Both the position numbers and the translations under genes were made by a program. 20,000 nt of DNA, taken from positions 120,388 through 140,387 of the forward strand of contig MEDY01000019.1 in assembly GCA_001724265.1 (NCBI GenBank), given 5' to 3'. Positions 1-13,551 of the stretch are shown piece by piece; position 1 is the first letter of the stretch; the number at the start of each line of letters is the position of its first letter. Below the pieces are notes generated by a model. The model made no database searches, was not told where the DNA came from, and saw nothing but the letters and a program-made list of their open reading frames with translations. This stretch comes from Rhizaria sp. SCN 62-66 (lineage: Eukaryota).

Positions 1-2
1 AC

Positions 3-3000
3 ACCTCCGCGATCCAGGCCGCGCTCGCGTCGGCCGTCGCGTTGCCCATCACGCGCGGTAACGTCGAAGTCGTGCGCAGCGGCGCCGTGTGGGACATCGT
101 GCTGGACCAGCTCGACCGCCGCGCCGGAGGGATCTACTCCAAGGCCGCGCTGCGCACGCGCGTCGGCCCGGCAGGCACCGGGACCGCAGCCGCGGTTGCT
201 GCCGCATCGGCCAACGTCCCTGGAGCTGCTGCGGCCGCAATCGCCGCCGCCGCTGCAGATGCGCTATCTTTGCCCGAGTTTGTGCAGAACGCGATCCCGC
301 CCGAGGTGCACGCCTCTGTGGTCGCGCTCTTCGTCCCGCCGCGCATTGCGCTGGGGGCGATGCGCATGACCGGCATGGGCTCACTCATGGCCTCGCAGCT
401 GCGCCGCGCCGGCACGCCCGCGCCAGAGCGGCCCGCGCTCGGTCCGTTCAACATCCTGCTGCCGTATTCGCGCCTTGCGCCGTCGCCGGCCCCCGGCGCG
501 CCCGCTGGCGGACACTTCGCCAACACCGTCGCGTCGTCACTCACGCGGCCGTACTCGCTACACACCCTCGCCAGCGGCATCCTGCCCCACGTCGCGCTGT
601 CTCCGGAGGAGCGCGTGCTGCTGGAGCGGCAGCTGCACCTGTCGCTCGCGGCCGTGCCCGCGCCCGCGCAGCGCGACGCGCAGGCGCTGACAGAGCGCTC
701 GCTGATCGACGCCGCGGTGCACGTCCCCGGAGGCACCCACAGCGCCGTGGGCGCGATTCCCTTTGCGCCGGGCTCATTCGCGGTGCCGCTCGATGGCGAG
801 GATTCGCCGGTGTACGGATTTGGTGAGCGCATGCTGTTGCCGGTCGACGGGCTCGCGCGAGGATCTGCGGCGGCCGAGGCGTCGCTGCGGCCGTCGCTGG
901 CGCTGCAGCTTGAGTACTCGACGGGCATCTCGGACACGAGCAGCGCGATGTACATCAACGTCGTCACCAAGAAGCTGCTTGCACTGGAGAAGATCCCCCC
1001 GTCGGTCGCCATGCATATCGCGCTGCGTTTCCCCTTTGCGTTCGACCTGGTGTCGCTACAATGCGCGCTCAACTCGCACCAGAAGCGTACGATGCACTCG
1101 GCGCAGCAGGCCGCGTCCGGTCTGCTGGGCCGCGGCGAGCAGCTCGTGACCGTGGTGAACATGGCGCGGCCGTACAACCGACGTCTGCTGAACCTCGCCG
1201 TGCAGTCGGTCAACTCTGCCATGTTCCGCACGCTCTCCAGCGGCCGCGGCGAGGCTGCTGCGGGCCTGCTCAACCCGGGACCCAGCTACACCCCTATCGC
1301 GCGCGCGCTCGCGGCCTCGGCAAATGCTCGCAACGAGGAGATCTTCAAGCGCATCGTCGTGTTCTTCCGCCGCCTGCTCGGCTCGGTCGACGCGCGCCGC
1401 GTGTTCCGCGAGACTGACCACGTTATTCCCGACTCGGTGCTCACGCGCGCACACGTACCCGCGCTCATGTGTGCCTTTGGGCCCGAGTTCCCACAGCTCA
1501 CCGAGCAGGCCCCGAACGCGACTGCTGCTGCCGGCGCCGCCGCAGGGATGGGTGTCCAGTCGCCGCGCGGGCCTGCGGGCGTTGCCGGCGTCAATCCCTC
1601 CGGCGGCCTGCACGACTGCGCGCTGGCGGCGATGCTGGGCACGCTCTCCGGCTTTGGCCAGCGCGGCATCCCCGACCCCGGGCAGATGATGGCGGCCGCC
1701 AGCGCGGTGGCTTCCTCGGTGTCGAGCCACATGATTAGCGGCGGCACCGTCGGCACCAACGACTCGCTGCTATCCGCGTTCGCGGGCGGGTACGTCGTCC
1801 CGGGCACCGGCGAGGTCATGATCCCCACGACGCGCGCTGAGACGATGTTCACGCGTGTGCTCTCCGCGATGAGCATCCTTGCGCGCACGCATACCGACAA
1901 CGGCCGCGCCGCCGACGCGCTGCCGCTGATGTCCTACGTCGTCAACACGTACTCGCGCATCGTCGGCAAGTCGCGCCACTTCATGCGCTTCTTTTACTTC
2001 CACCAGGCCATTGCGCGGCTGCAGCTCGGCTTCCTGCGCCGCTCCCTCAGCGTCTCGGCCATCATCGCTCGCAGCGCGGCGCAGGACTCGGAGCACCTCC
2101 ACGGCTTCCTGTCGGCTGTACTGCGCGCGTCGGCGCTGACGATGCTCGAGGGCCCCAGCGCTGCCTCGGTCGACGCGCTGCGGCACGCGCTCTTTATGAT
2201 CCAGGAGCTCCGCACCATCTCCGGCATTCACGCTTTGACGTCGACCGTGCTGTTCTTCTCGCTCCATGCTCTGCGTTCGCGGCAGAAGCTGCTGCTCGAG
2301 TTCCTCAACACGCTCAACGACTGGTCGCTGCTGCCTGCGACGGGCAACTACGTGCATGTCTACATCACGCTCTCGCTGCTGTTCCAGCACGCGATCGACG
2401 ACCCCAACGTGTCGCCCTTCGCGGCGGCGACCGCGCGGCATTTCGAGTCCGCGTTCGGGCCCGTGGTGGAGATGGCGCGTCTGCACCTGTCGGGCGCGGC
2501 CGTGATGCGCGTGCTCAACTCGCAGCGCCGCATCGCGCACGACGCGCTGCACATGGCTGCGGCCACAACCAAGATGGCGACGATGACGGCGGCGCAGACG
2601 ACGGCGACGTTCATGGACGCGAGCGACGACGTCAGCAGCGACGCGCGGTCCACGCGGCCGCAGTCGCGACAGCCCTCGCCGCCGGCCACCGCAGACCCCA
2701 GCGAGCTGGTGAGACGGGACGGGACCATCGACGTGTGGCTGCCCTCGGCCGTCCCCGCGTCGGCGTCCGCCGCGGCCGCCACCGCCGCTGGCGCCGCGAA
2801 CCCTGCCGCCGTCCCCACTGCGGGCGATTCCCCGGGCGCGGTGCGCCGCAGAGCTATGTCGACGAGCTCGATCCACGAGTCGCGGCCGACAAGCGCGACC
2901 ATCACGACAGCGGACGCGAGCACGAGCACGTCGCCGCTGCGGGCGCTGCGCGGGATCGACCCCACGCTGCTGTCGTACACGCGAAGCAGCGATAACGCGA

Positions 3001-6000
3001 CGCCGATGCTCAACAAGAGCAACAGCGTTGCAATGAATCGCAGTGGCGCCAACAGTGTCCGCGGTGACAACTACGGCGTTGAGCCGCCCTCTCATCTCTT
3101 GAAGGACGCCAAATCCCTCGCGAGCAATACGTCCGTTCCTCACAGCATCGTCAACAGCAGCAGCGTCTCTGGCTCTCCCATGGACAGCACCGACGACACT
3201 GCAGCGGCCATTTCCGCCCGGGCCCCGCGCAACCAGAACTGGCAGAAACTGATGCGCGTCATCAACGCTGAACAGCTGCCCAACAACGACACAGTCACGA
3301 CTTTTTTACCCCCGGCCCCGATCTTTTTTACCGGTGCGGCGCCTGCGCCCATCCCCATGTTCACCTTCAGCAACCCCAATAGCAGCTCGAGCTCAAGCGC
3401 TGTCAGCGGCTCCAAGTGGGGCGACGACTCCCCCAACGGCGACGTCGACGCGCGCTCCTTCACCACCGCCGGTGACAACGACACCACGCCCGTAGACCCG
3501 GCGCAGGCGCAGTCGCAGGCTCCGGCGACCCCTATAGTGTCGGCGGCGCTGCCGCGCGGCGTGACGCCGCTCGTCACGGGCGTGCGCACCGCCGAGCGCA
3601 GGCGCACGCGCGAGCGCGAGCGGGCGAGCCAAGCTGCGGGCCGGACAGCGGCGCCTGCGCAGTCGGGGGTTGTGCCTAGCAACCGCAACAACAGGGGCGG
3701 CGGCGCCACATTCGACCCGAGCCCGGCCTGGCAGCGGTCCGTGAGCGCGTCCTCTAGCTCCGACTCCGGCGCCGGACAGGGCATGCTGTTCCGCGGGCTC
3801 AGCGCCCCGTTCATCGCCACGAACAACAACAGTAACATCAACAACAAAAACAACAACATCAATACGAGCTTTGACGGGGAGTCCGGCGGCGCACCGCGCT
3901 CGCGGACGCCCGCCAGCCCCAGCGGCTCCAACGTCAACGGTGGCGGTAACAACACGCCCCCAGTTGCGGTGCCCAAGTTCTCCGTGATGTCGCCGAGCTC
4001 GCTCTCGCGCTTTGTCGCCACCGCCACCGCCACAGCGGACTCCACCGCAACCGCGACCGCCTTGCGCAGCAACGGCTCGTCGAGCAAGATCCGCTTTGGC
4101 GGGCGCGCTCGCGCCCCGTCGACGACGTCCACCACGACGACCACAGCGTGCACTGAGCGCGCCCCGCGCCCGCCGCGCCCGCTGCCGCGCGAGACCGCCC
4201 GCGCGCGCGCGCGCGAGGCCCGCCAGCGGCTGCGCATCCTGCTGCTGGCGGACCGCTGGGGCGAGCATGCGCGTGCCAGCCAGCGCGTGTACAGCGCAAC
4301 CGTGGGCTACGCGCTGCCGCCGCCTGCCAACGCGCTGACGACCATGACGGGCTACCTCGCACCCGCCGGCAAGGGCAGCGTGTCTTCGGGCTCGGGCCCC
4401 AGCGGCAATGCCCCGGGCTACCGACGCGCGACGTCGGGCGCCGGCAGCTCTGCGGGCACGAGCTCCGGCGGAGGCGGCGGCGGCGGCGGTGGCGCGGGTG
4501 TGGGCGGGCCGGGCGACGCGGGCGGCCGCGGCAAGGACTCCGGTCTGCGCCTCATGATCGGCCTCCGCGCGCTGCCTGCGCTAGGCTCGGTACAGCTCGC
4601 CAAGGAGGTCGACCCACAGAACATGCTGCTGGTCACCGGCGAGGACGCGACGCCCTGCCCCACGGCGCCGCTGATCGCGCGCATTCGCACAGAGGCGTCC
4701 GCTGCGGCCGTGCGCGAGGCGAAGCGCGCGGCCTCCGCCGCCACCAACGCGTACCAGCAGCGCCGACGCCGCGCGCTTGGCCGCGGCGGCGCGTTCGGCG
4801 GGTCCAGCGGGGACTCGTCCCCGACCTCGCCGGGTGCCGGCGACGACGACGGGCTCGACGCGGCGACGTCGCAGTGGCTTCGCAACACGCGCCGCGGCCC
4901 GCTCGACGGCGGCGGCACGCAGGCGGCGCGTTGGGGCGAGGACACGGAGGATAGCTCGCCCACGACGCCCAGTTCGCCGACCCCCGGGGTCGAGCGCCAA
5001 GGCGCGCGCAGCCGCGTCACGCAGCAGCCATCGCGGCAGCAGCACCAGCTGCAGCTCCCGGGCGCGCGCGGCCAGGTCGGTCTATCTTCGTACAGCGCGG
5101 CCAACAGCAGCGCGAGCGCGCTAAGCCCACGCAGCAGCGGGCAGCCGCCGCGGTTCCCGCGCCACTTGTCGATCGAGCGCAACCTGTCGATCGACCGCGC
5201 GCCCTCGGTGCTGTCCCCCGGCCGCGGCATGCTGGCCAGCCCCACCACGACGGTCTCGACGCTTGGCGGCAGCACGTTTGGCGGGTCCGCGGTCACCTCG
5301 GTCAACACCAGCAGCAACAACGGCGGTCCGGGCGTGTTCCGCGTCATTCCCGCCTCTTTACCGGGCACTTCGGCGCCGTTGCTTGCGACGGCCTCGCGCG
5401 GGCCTCGGCCGTCGGCCGCAAGTCTCGCTGGCAGTAGCAGTAGCAGCAGCCACTTCAACAACAGCAGCAGTAGCAGCACTACTGGTGGCAGCGGCAGCGG
5501 TGACGCACCGGTGAGCTCGAACAACAGCGAAGGCTTGGGTGACTCGAAGCAGAAGCAGCAGCAGCAGCAACAACAAGGAGGCACGCCCAGGCACCTGCGC
5601 GAGCAATGGCAGCAGCAGCGGTTTAACAACGGCGAGTTCGGCTCCATGAGCACGCTGTTCGAGGGTCACCTGGACCACATGTCCCCCGAAGTGGCGGGCC
5701 GTGCCATGGACATTAGCTCCATGCGTGTCAAGTCGCTACCGTTTGCGAGCGTGAACCGCGGCGAGGCGGAACAGTTCAGCATGAGTGCCGACTTCGACGA
5801 CCTCGCCATCGACACTGACTTTGATCGCGGCCTCAAAACCATCATCAGCAGAGGCGATGCGCGCGCATCACCCGACGCCAGCGTTACCGGTGTCAACAAT
5901 GATTACGAGAGCAACGCATCTGCGTCAAACTCAAATGCTGACGCTGCAACGAGCAAGGGCTCCCGCGCTCGCGTCGTTGCTCCCGGTCGCATTCTGTCGC

Positions 6001-7016
6001 ACAACGATCTTTTGTCACATGCGCGCGCTAACTCACGCAACAGCAATGTCAATAATTACAGCAGCTTTACCGGCACTGCCGCTCGTGGCGCTGCTGGCGC
6101 TGGCGCTGGTGCTGGCGGCGAGGGCAACGACGGCGGCGACGGGGACGACGACGGCGGCGACTTCTCCGCCGACTGGCTGCAGCCTGCGCAGTCGCTGCTC
6201 TCGACCGGCGTCTTCACGCGCCCACTCGACTTTTCGGGCGCGAGCCAGAGCTCGCCATACGACGAAGGCGTGTTGGCGTCGCCCGCGACGACGTACGCGC
6301 GCCACGACCAGTTCCACCCGCCCGCGTCGCTGCTCAACTTCAGCAGCAGCGGCGCGCCCCTCACACCCGGCTCCATCGCGAGTGGCGGCAGGCGCGGCGC
6401 AGGCCGCGACCGCGCTGACCGCGACCGTGAACGTGACCGTGAGCGCGACCGCGAGCGTGAGCGTGATCGTGGTCGCGGGCGCGACCGCACGGACCGGGAC
6501 CGTGAGCGCGACCTATCGATGGCGATCTCCGCCGTGTCGACGACAACCGACGAAGACAGCCCGAAGTCGATGCACGAAGCCCCGCACGTCACTGTCAGCG
6601 GCGATTTCTCCCACGCAATCAACATGAGCAACGCGAGCGCAAACAATAGCAACAACAACCTCGGCAGCGGCCGCCTCGCCGCGCCGCGCCTGTCATTCTC
6701 CGCGGCTAGCGCTGCGTCGGCCGCCGGCACGACGCCTCGGTCCCACCGGTTTCCCGCGGTTCGCGACAGCGGCGGCGCGCTCGTCTCACCGACAGGCCTC
6801 GGTCGCCGTGACTCGCTCATCGGCTCCTCGCCCTCGTTCACCGCCTCGGTATCCAACGGCGGCCAGTTCGCCGTCGCGGGTAAGCGCGGCTCGATCACCT
6901 CGCCCACGTTTAACGCCGCGCACGGAAACAACCCGATCAATAGCGGCCGGTCCGTGTTGACGGCGGCCACGAGTCTGATCGTCACCGTGACGCCTCACAA
7001 CCAGGAATCTGGCGAG

Positions 7017-7059
<43 letters not shown>

Positions 7060-8012
7060 GGACGCAAAGTCGCCACAGCATGGGCCAGCGCAGCGATGCG
7101 CTGCTCGCGGCGGGCTCCAACGTGCTCGCCTCGACGCCGCGGACTGCGATGACCTTGGTGACATCATCATCTGGCGCGAATCTCAACAACAGCAACTCCG
7201 GTCTCAACAACTCGGGCCGGTTCACGACGCTCGAGATCGCCTCAACCTCCGACCGCCAGCGCCGCATCAGCATGGACATGGACGGCGACGGCGCCGCGCC
7301 CGCTCACGACCGACAGATGTCCTCCAAGACGGCACCCGCGCCGGACCGGCAGTTCTCGACCGACACAGGCGGCTCCCCCGCGATGAGCTCCGTGCGCATC
7401 ACGAGCGGCCGCACTGGCTACGGAGGCAACACGACTTTCTCGGCAAACTACAACTACGGGCCCAGTCTGAGCACATACTCGTACGCAAACTCGAACGCAC
7501 AGTCGCAAGGCTTCGTTCTCGCCTCGCCCGCCGGATCCACGACGACGATCGCCACGCGCCGGTCCGTCATCGACCGCGCGTCGGCCGCGACGGCCGCGCA
7601 GCTCATCCTCGCGCGTGACCGCAGCGCGTTCATGAGCTCCACGTCCAGCTCCAGCTCCAGCACCAGCGGGGTCAGGGTCGGACTGCGGCCGACGCAGACG
7701 GCAGCGGTGGCACCGGGCGCGGCGGGCATGGCCTCGCCGCCTACGGCCGCCGAGCGCCGGCTGGGCATGAAGTTCGGCGCCAACAACGCCGCGTCTGGGG
7801 TCGCGGCCACCGCGGCCGCGGCGGCTGCTGCTGCGGCGACGGCTGCGGCGGCCGCGACGTTCGCTGCGGCCGCGGCGGCTGCGGCACCGCACAATATCGG
7901 CGGCCACGATGCTGGTGCTGGCGGACTCGGCTCAGTTGGCTCAGGCGCAGCGGCCCCGTGCTCCATCTTGCACCCCGTTCTGCTGCCAAAGGTCGACTAC
8001 GGCGCGATCCAG
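3..8012 (+). CDS. 5'-truncated exon of a giant low-complexity protein; helical/TPR-like ordered region at about nt 800-2560, possibly soluble adenylyl cyclase-like STAND family
   Basis: Frame is stop-free from nt 3 (TSAIQAALASAVALP...), so the TTG start at 42 is not the true start; 2670 codons with strong GC3 bias; ends at CAG|GTACGA exactly where composition turns AT-rich. Family call is by-eye motif resemblance only (about 0.45). Confidence 0.9.
6405..6512 (+). repeat. Coding RD/RE dipeptide repeat
   Basis: RDRADRDRERDRERDRERERDRGRGRDRTDRDRERD with mixed synonymous codons. Confidence 0.9.
7017..7055 (+). repeat. Perfect (GGC)13 microsatellite within a Gly15 run
   Basis: Counted directly; followed by GGT GGG. 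Confidence 0.95.
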
Positions 8013-8146
8013 GTACGACGCAATTGAATTGAGTGTAACCTATTAACTGATGTATATCTTTGTAACTCTAATGATTTGACGAATTCTAAACGGATTTCTA
8101 ACACTCAACACATTGTCATATTTTGCTCCATGTTTTCTTATTTTAG
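8013..8146 (+). other. Spliceosomal GT-AG intron, 134 nt, phase 0
   Basis: Donor CAG|GTACGA, AT-rich body, CTAAC branch-like motif near 8098-8102, pyrimidine tract TGTTTTCTTATTTTAG|GTC; removal gives ...KVDYGAIQ|VNYERHIEAARKSFAALGPLAKEVMLES..., in frame with the 8219 ORF (72 nt = 24 codons upstream of its ATG). Confidence 0.93.
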
Positions 8147-11100
8147 GTCAACTACGAACGTCACATCGAAGCTGCTCGCAAGTCATTCGCTGCCCTCGGC
8201 CCGCTGGCCAAGGAAGTCATGCTCGAGAGCGACTTTGCCGCGGCCGCCGCTGCTTCTCTTCTGGGCGGAACACGAAACTCGCTCCCCACGGGCACCACCG
8301 GCGCGCCACTGAACACCTTCTACGCGCGCTCAGACCACGTTTCGGCCGGCAACGTCTCCACGGGTGGCGCTGCCGCCGCCGCGAGCGCGGCCACAGCGGG
8401 CGCGACGTCGTCGGCGTACCCCGCGGGCGTGAGCGCGCTGACGGGCGCGGCGGAGCAGCGGTCGCTGCGTGGCGGCGTCTTCCATCTGCTGTCGCAGGGC
8501 ATGCCCGCGGTGACGGGCGAGACGCTGCCGACCGCGCACGCCGTGTCGATCCCGCAGCCGCCGCGCATGCAGCAGATGCTGCGGCACGGCGACCACCTGC
8601 TGCGCCTGCTGCACGGGCTCGCCACGCGCAGCCCCGTCGGCGCGCCCTACTACCTGCACCTCAAAGGAGGGCTTGAGTGGCGCACCGGTCGGCCCGCCCT
8701 CGCGACGCTGTCGTGGCTCGAGGGCGCGCGCATTGCCAAGGCGCACCACAACAAGTACCTCGAGGCGCTGATGCACTATGCGCTGTGCCGGCCGCGCTGC
8801 TTTGTGTTCAACCCGCACTTGTCGCTGCGGGACGCGGCTGCGTCGTTCTTGCGGCTGATGGAGCTGCTGCATGTGCTGCGCCCGCACCCGGCGAACCCGT
8901 TCTTTGCGGAGATCGACGAGTGCGTGGCCTACTACGCGCACTACGGCGTCGCCGTTGCCACCATGCAGGAGCAGAAGGAGGAGGAGGACGCCGCCTGGGC
9001 CAAGCTCGCGGCCGAGGCTAAGGAGCGCCGCAAGGAGCGCAAGATCAAGGCTAAGGGCCGCGCCGCCGCTGCGGCCGCGGCTGCTGCGACCGCCGTCATT
9101 GCTAAGGAGCGCGCCAAGCAAGAGAAGCTCCGGATCCAAGAGTTACGGCTTCAGCAACAGCAGCTCTATGAGGCCAAGGTCAAAGAGCTGCAGCTTCAAA
9201 AGCAGCAGAAGGAGCAACAGCCACAGTCGCAGCAACAACAACAGCAGTCGCACAACGACGTGCATCCCTCTGGCGCTGCTGGTGCACCCCTCGTGCTTTC
9301 GGTCGACGCGCCCGCCGACCAGGGGTCGCTGATCAGAACGACGGACACCACGGCCAACAACACCATCGCCGACACGCCACACGCTGCGGTCAACTCCATC
9401 AGATTCATTCGCTACAACCACTCGATGTCCGCGGCCGGGTCGCCCCCGGGGCTTGCCGGCAACCGGGGGCCGCTGCTGCTCGCGCCCCGCGCCGGCGGCA
9501 ACGAGCTCACAGTCACCTTGGTTTCCGGCGCGTCTACTCTCGGAGACGCGGCTAACTCCAACGCCAACGCCGCGACTGGCAACATGAACATTAACGAGCA
9601 AAACGCGGTCACGGTGAGCGCGACGTCGCCGATGTGGAGCGCGCCGTTCGCGATCCCGCTCTCGCTGCGGTCACCGACAGGCACTAACACTGGCGGCTGG
9701 TTCGGCTCCGTTGCCAACAACACGACCAACACCAGCGGCGACGGCGGCGGGCTGTCCTCGCGCTACGGCGCCTTCATGAGCGTCAGCCGCGACACGGCGC
9801 GGCTCGGCACGCCTCTGGCCGCCGCGGGCGCCGCGAGCTTCACGACGACGCCGCTGTTCTCGCCCCAGAGCGCCGACTCGATCCCGTCCTCCGCGCAGGG
9901 CACTGCGCGCGGCCACATGGACGCGTCGCACATGCCGTCTTTCGCCTTCTCCGCGCTCGCGCCGCCAGGCACGTCGGTGGACGTGGCGCAGGCGATGCGC
10001 AACCGGTTGCTGGCGCAGCTGCAGCGCGAGGGCGCGGCGGACTCGGACCCCGACCACCCGCACCACGGCCACACGAGCACGGTGCCTGACGGACACGGCG
10101 GGCAGTCGCGCGCGAGTCCCGACGCCACGGCCGCGGGCAGCGGCGGCGGCGGCGGCGGCAGCACCACCACGGCGGGCAACGGCAGCACCACGCATGGCAG
10201 CGACGACGACGTGTTCGGCGACGCGCACCTCGCGGGCGATGCCGCGCGCACCGGCGGCGCGCCAACGCACTTCCGCTCGCGCTCCGGCACTGTCTCCGAG
10301 CAGGCCGCGCGCGGGCTCATGCGCAGCGCGCTATCGCCGTCGCCGGGCCAGACTTACCCCGTCACGCCCAGCCGGTTCGGCGCCTCGCCGCCCGATAACA
10401 ACAACAGCAGCAGCAGCAGTAGCAGCAGCAATGGCAATTACGGCGACGCGAGCGTGTTCACGTTTGGAAGCACCAACACTGCCGGTGTCAGCAACGTCGC
10501 TACAGGCGGCAACGGCAGCGAGCACAGCTTCTCCCGCTCGTCGCAGCGCAGCATCCCCACGAGCTTCGCGTCGCGTACCGCGATGGCCGTGGCCGAGGCC
10601 GCCGCGTCCGCCCACGCCGCGGCGTCGCGCCAAGCGCGCCGCGAGCGCGTGCTGCGGCGGCGCGTGCGGCGCGACTGGCACGAGGGCGCGGTGCTGTTGG
10701 ATCGCGTGCGCGCCAAGGCGGCCGAGCGGCGCGTGCTCAACGGGCTCGGCGTCGGAGAGGGCGGCGCCGCGGGCGCGACCACGATCCACGACACGGGCGC
10801 CGAGGTCCTCGCGGGGCTGCCCGAGCTCAACGCCGCGCTGGCGGAGATTCGCATCGCGGCGTTGGGCAAGGCGCGCGCCGCGGAGAAGGAGCAGCTCAAC
10901 GCGAGCAAGCAGAGCCGCAACAGCGCCGCGGCAGCCGCGTCCGACGGTAACGGCGGTCACAGGTCCGCTCGGCCCGACCGTGCGCAGTCGCCGGCCGCGG
11001 GCCCGCAGCCGCTCACGAGTGAGGCTCTTGAACGGCAGCGTCGGGAGGCCGGGCGCGCGCGGCTTGCTTCGCTGCGCGAGGCCGCCGCGCGGTCGGCGCA

Positions 11101-13519
11101 GGTGCTGCTCGTGCTGCGGCGGCTCTGGCGCATCGGGCCCGACCCTGTGGCCGCGCGCCGCACGGTCGCTTTCTGGCGCCGGCTGCGGTTGTTCCAGCAC
11201 CCCCGGTCCGCGCGCCAGTCCGCGCTCACGCCGTCGGAGGCGCAGGCCGCCGAAGTGATCGCGCTGCGCCGCACGGCCGCGCACACACGGGGCCACGAGG
11301 GCCGCGACATGTGCAGCAGCATCGGCGGCAACATCAGCTTCGACCACGGCAGTCCTGGTTCCAACGACGCGTTCATCCCGTCGGCGGCTCAGTCACGCGG
11401 CGGCTATAATAGCAACGACGGCGACATACTGACGGCGCGCAACACCAACACGACGTACACCGACGCGACTGCTGCGTTTATTAACGCCGGCGGCGGCTCG
11501 CAGGCCGCGCAGGCGCTCGCGAGAGTGGAGCGCGAAAAGGAGCTTAAGATGTGGCGCCAGCGCTGGCGCCGCCGCGGCGTGCCGTGGGCGCAGATGCCGC
11601 TGACGGCGCAGTCGCAGCGCGACTGGGAGACGGGCAGTCCGTACAACAGCGCGGACGAAGGTTTCTTCGACGAGCTCGCCGTGCTTCGCAAGATTGACGA
11701 CGATTTGGACTCGGCCTGGGACAGTCTCGACTCTGGCACGGACTCGCACTCGTCTGACGGAGACCTCGGGCCGAGCGACGAGGACTCTTCTGACAGCGAC
11801 GCCGTCGGGGTGGATATCAAAAAGGGTCCTGCTGCAACCGCAGGTCTTGCGAAGGCGAAGGCCAAGGCCCGCGCTAAGGCTAAGGCTAAGGCTAAAGCTG
11901 AGGCGATGGCGCGCGCGCAGGCTACCGGTTTCCCGCCGCGGCCGAGCTCGCGCCTCGATTACAGCTGCAGCTCCAACTCCGACAGTGGCGCCGACGACGA
12001 TGACGGCGACGACATCGACATGTTCGACGAGACCCAGTCCGCAAAGCGCTCATCAGTCAGCGCCTTCTGTTGCACCGGCCTCGGCAAGGACGCCTACGCG
12101 CGTGCCCGCGCCCGCGCGCGCTGGCCCGGCACAACGACGGCGCCGACGGATAGTGACAGGAGCGAGGACGACAACGACCGCGAGCGCAACGACGCCGCCG
12201 ACATCGAGGACAACGTCTCGGACGGCGACGCGCGCCTTGGCGACTACGATGCCTATTGCGACAGCGACTCGGACGTCAGCTGCGCGCTCTACGACAGCCG
12301 CCGCATGTCGCTCAACGCGGGCGGGACGGGCGGCCCCGTCACCGCAGCGGCCACTCCGGCCGTCTCGGACGCCGTTGTCGCGTACGCTTCGACTACGGGC
12401 CCCGCCACCGGCAACACGAGCGCGCCCGGCAGCCTCAACAGCTCCGGGCCCGGCACGGCCACCGGCAGCGGCAGCGGCAGCAGCAACGATGCTGTGTTTG
12501 GCCCCCGGTACATCAGCCGGCCGCGCAACAGCCTCAGCGGCCAGTCGGGCCTTTGCGGCCAGCCGGGCCTTTTCCCATCCCGCGCCCCCAGCGTCAACCG
12601 GAACGAGCACGACGCAGCGTCGACGGCGTCGTCGACCTCGACGGCGTATGCGACCCTGAGCCACAACCACTCCACGGCGCCGTTCGACTCCCGCAGCGCC
12701 GAGTCGACCCCCGCGGTCACCAACATGTTCACGCAGTGGGGGGGGCTGCTGCCGGACTCGGGTGCGCCTACGACGACGACCATGTCCTCGCCGACAGTGA
12801 CCGCGGCCGAGGGCGAGGGCGACGCCACCAACACTAGCGCCGGCACGGACGCGCACAGCCTGAACCCAGCGCCCGGCCGCGGGTCGGCGTCGCAGCACAC
12901 GTCGCTGACGTTGCCCTCGGGCGCCATGCTCACGCTGCCCAACGGTGGTGTCGGCGTCGGCGCCGCGCTCAGTTCCGTTACAGCGCACTCACAACACCCG
13001 CAACAACAACGGCAGCAGCAGCAGCAGTTGAGACTTTCGGGGACGACTCCGCTCACGGGCTCTAGAACCGACACCAGTACCAACACTGCGAGCCGCTACC
13101 CCGCCACTCTTGCCACACCCGGCTCCGGCACAGGCCCCGGCACTGGCACAGGCACTGGCAACGGCAGCGGCAACAACGCGAGACTCGCGTCCCCCGGCTC
13201 GTTTGGCTCCACCAGCGGCTCCGTCTCCGGCGCGTCGCCCGTGCTAGTGCACGCGGCCGCGGGCACGCTGTCGTCCTACTCGACCACAGACTCGGGCAGC
13301 ACGCAGACAGCCTCGGCCGCCGGCGGCTGGGGTGGTTCCGACAGCGCGTCGCCCAACCCCCCCCACCACCACCACCACCACCAAGGCCACCGCGGTCAGA
13401 ATCTCGCTGCGAATGGGGCTCTTGGTTTAGGCGGCTTTAGCTCGGGTTCTCTCACGGCTTCTGCGTCCGCGAGCGGGACTCTGAGCGGCAATAGCTGCGC
13501 TGTGGCCAGCTCGCCGAGC

Positions 13520-13551
<32 letters not shown>

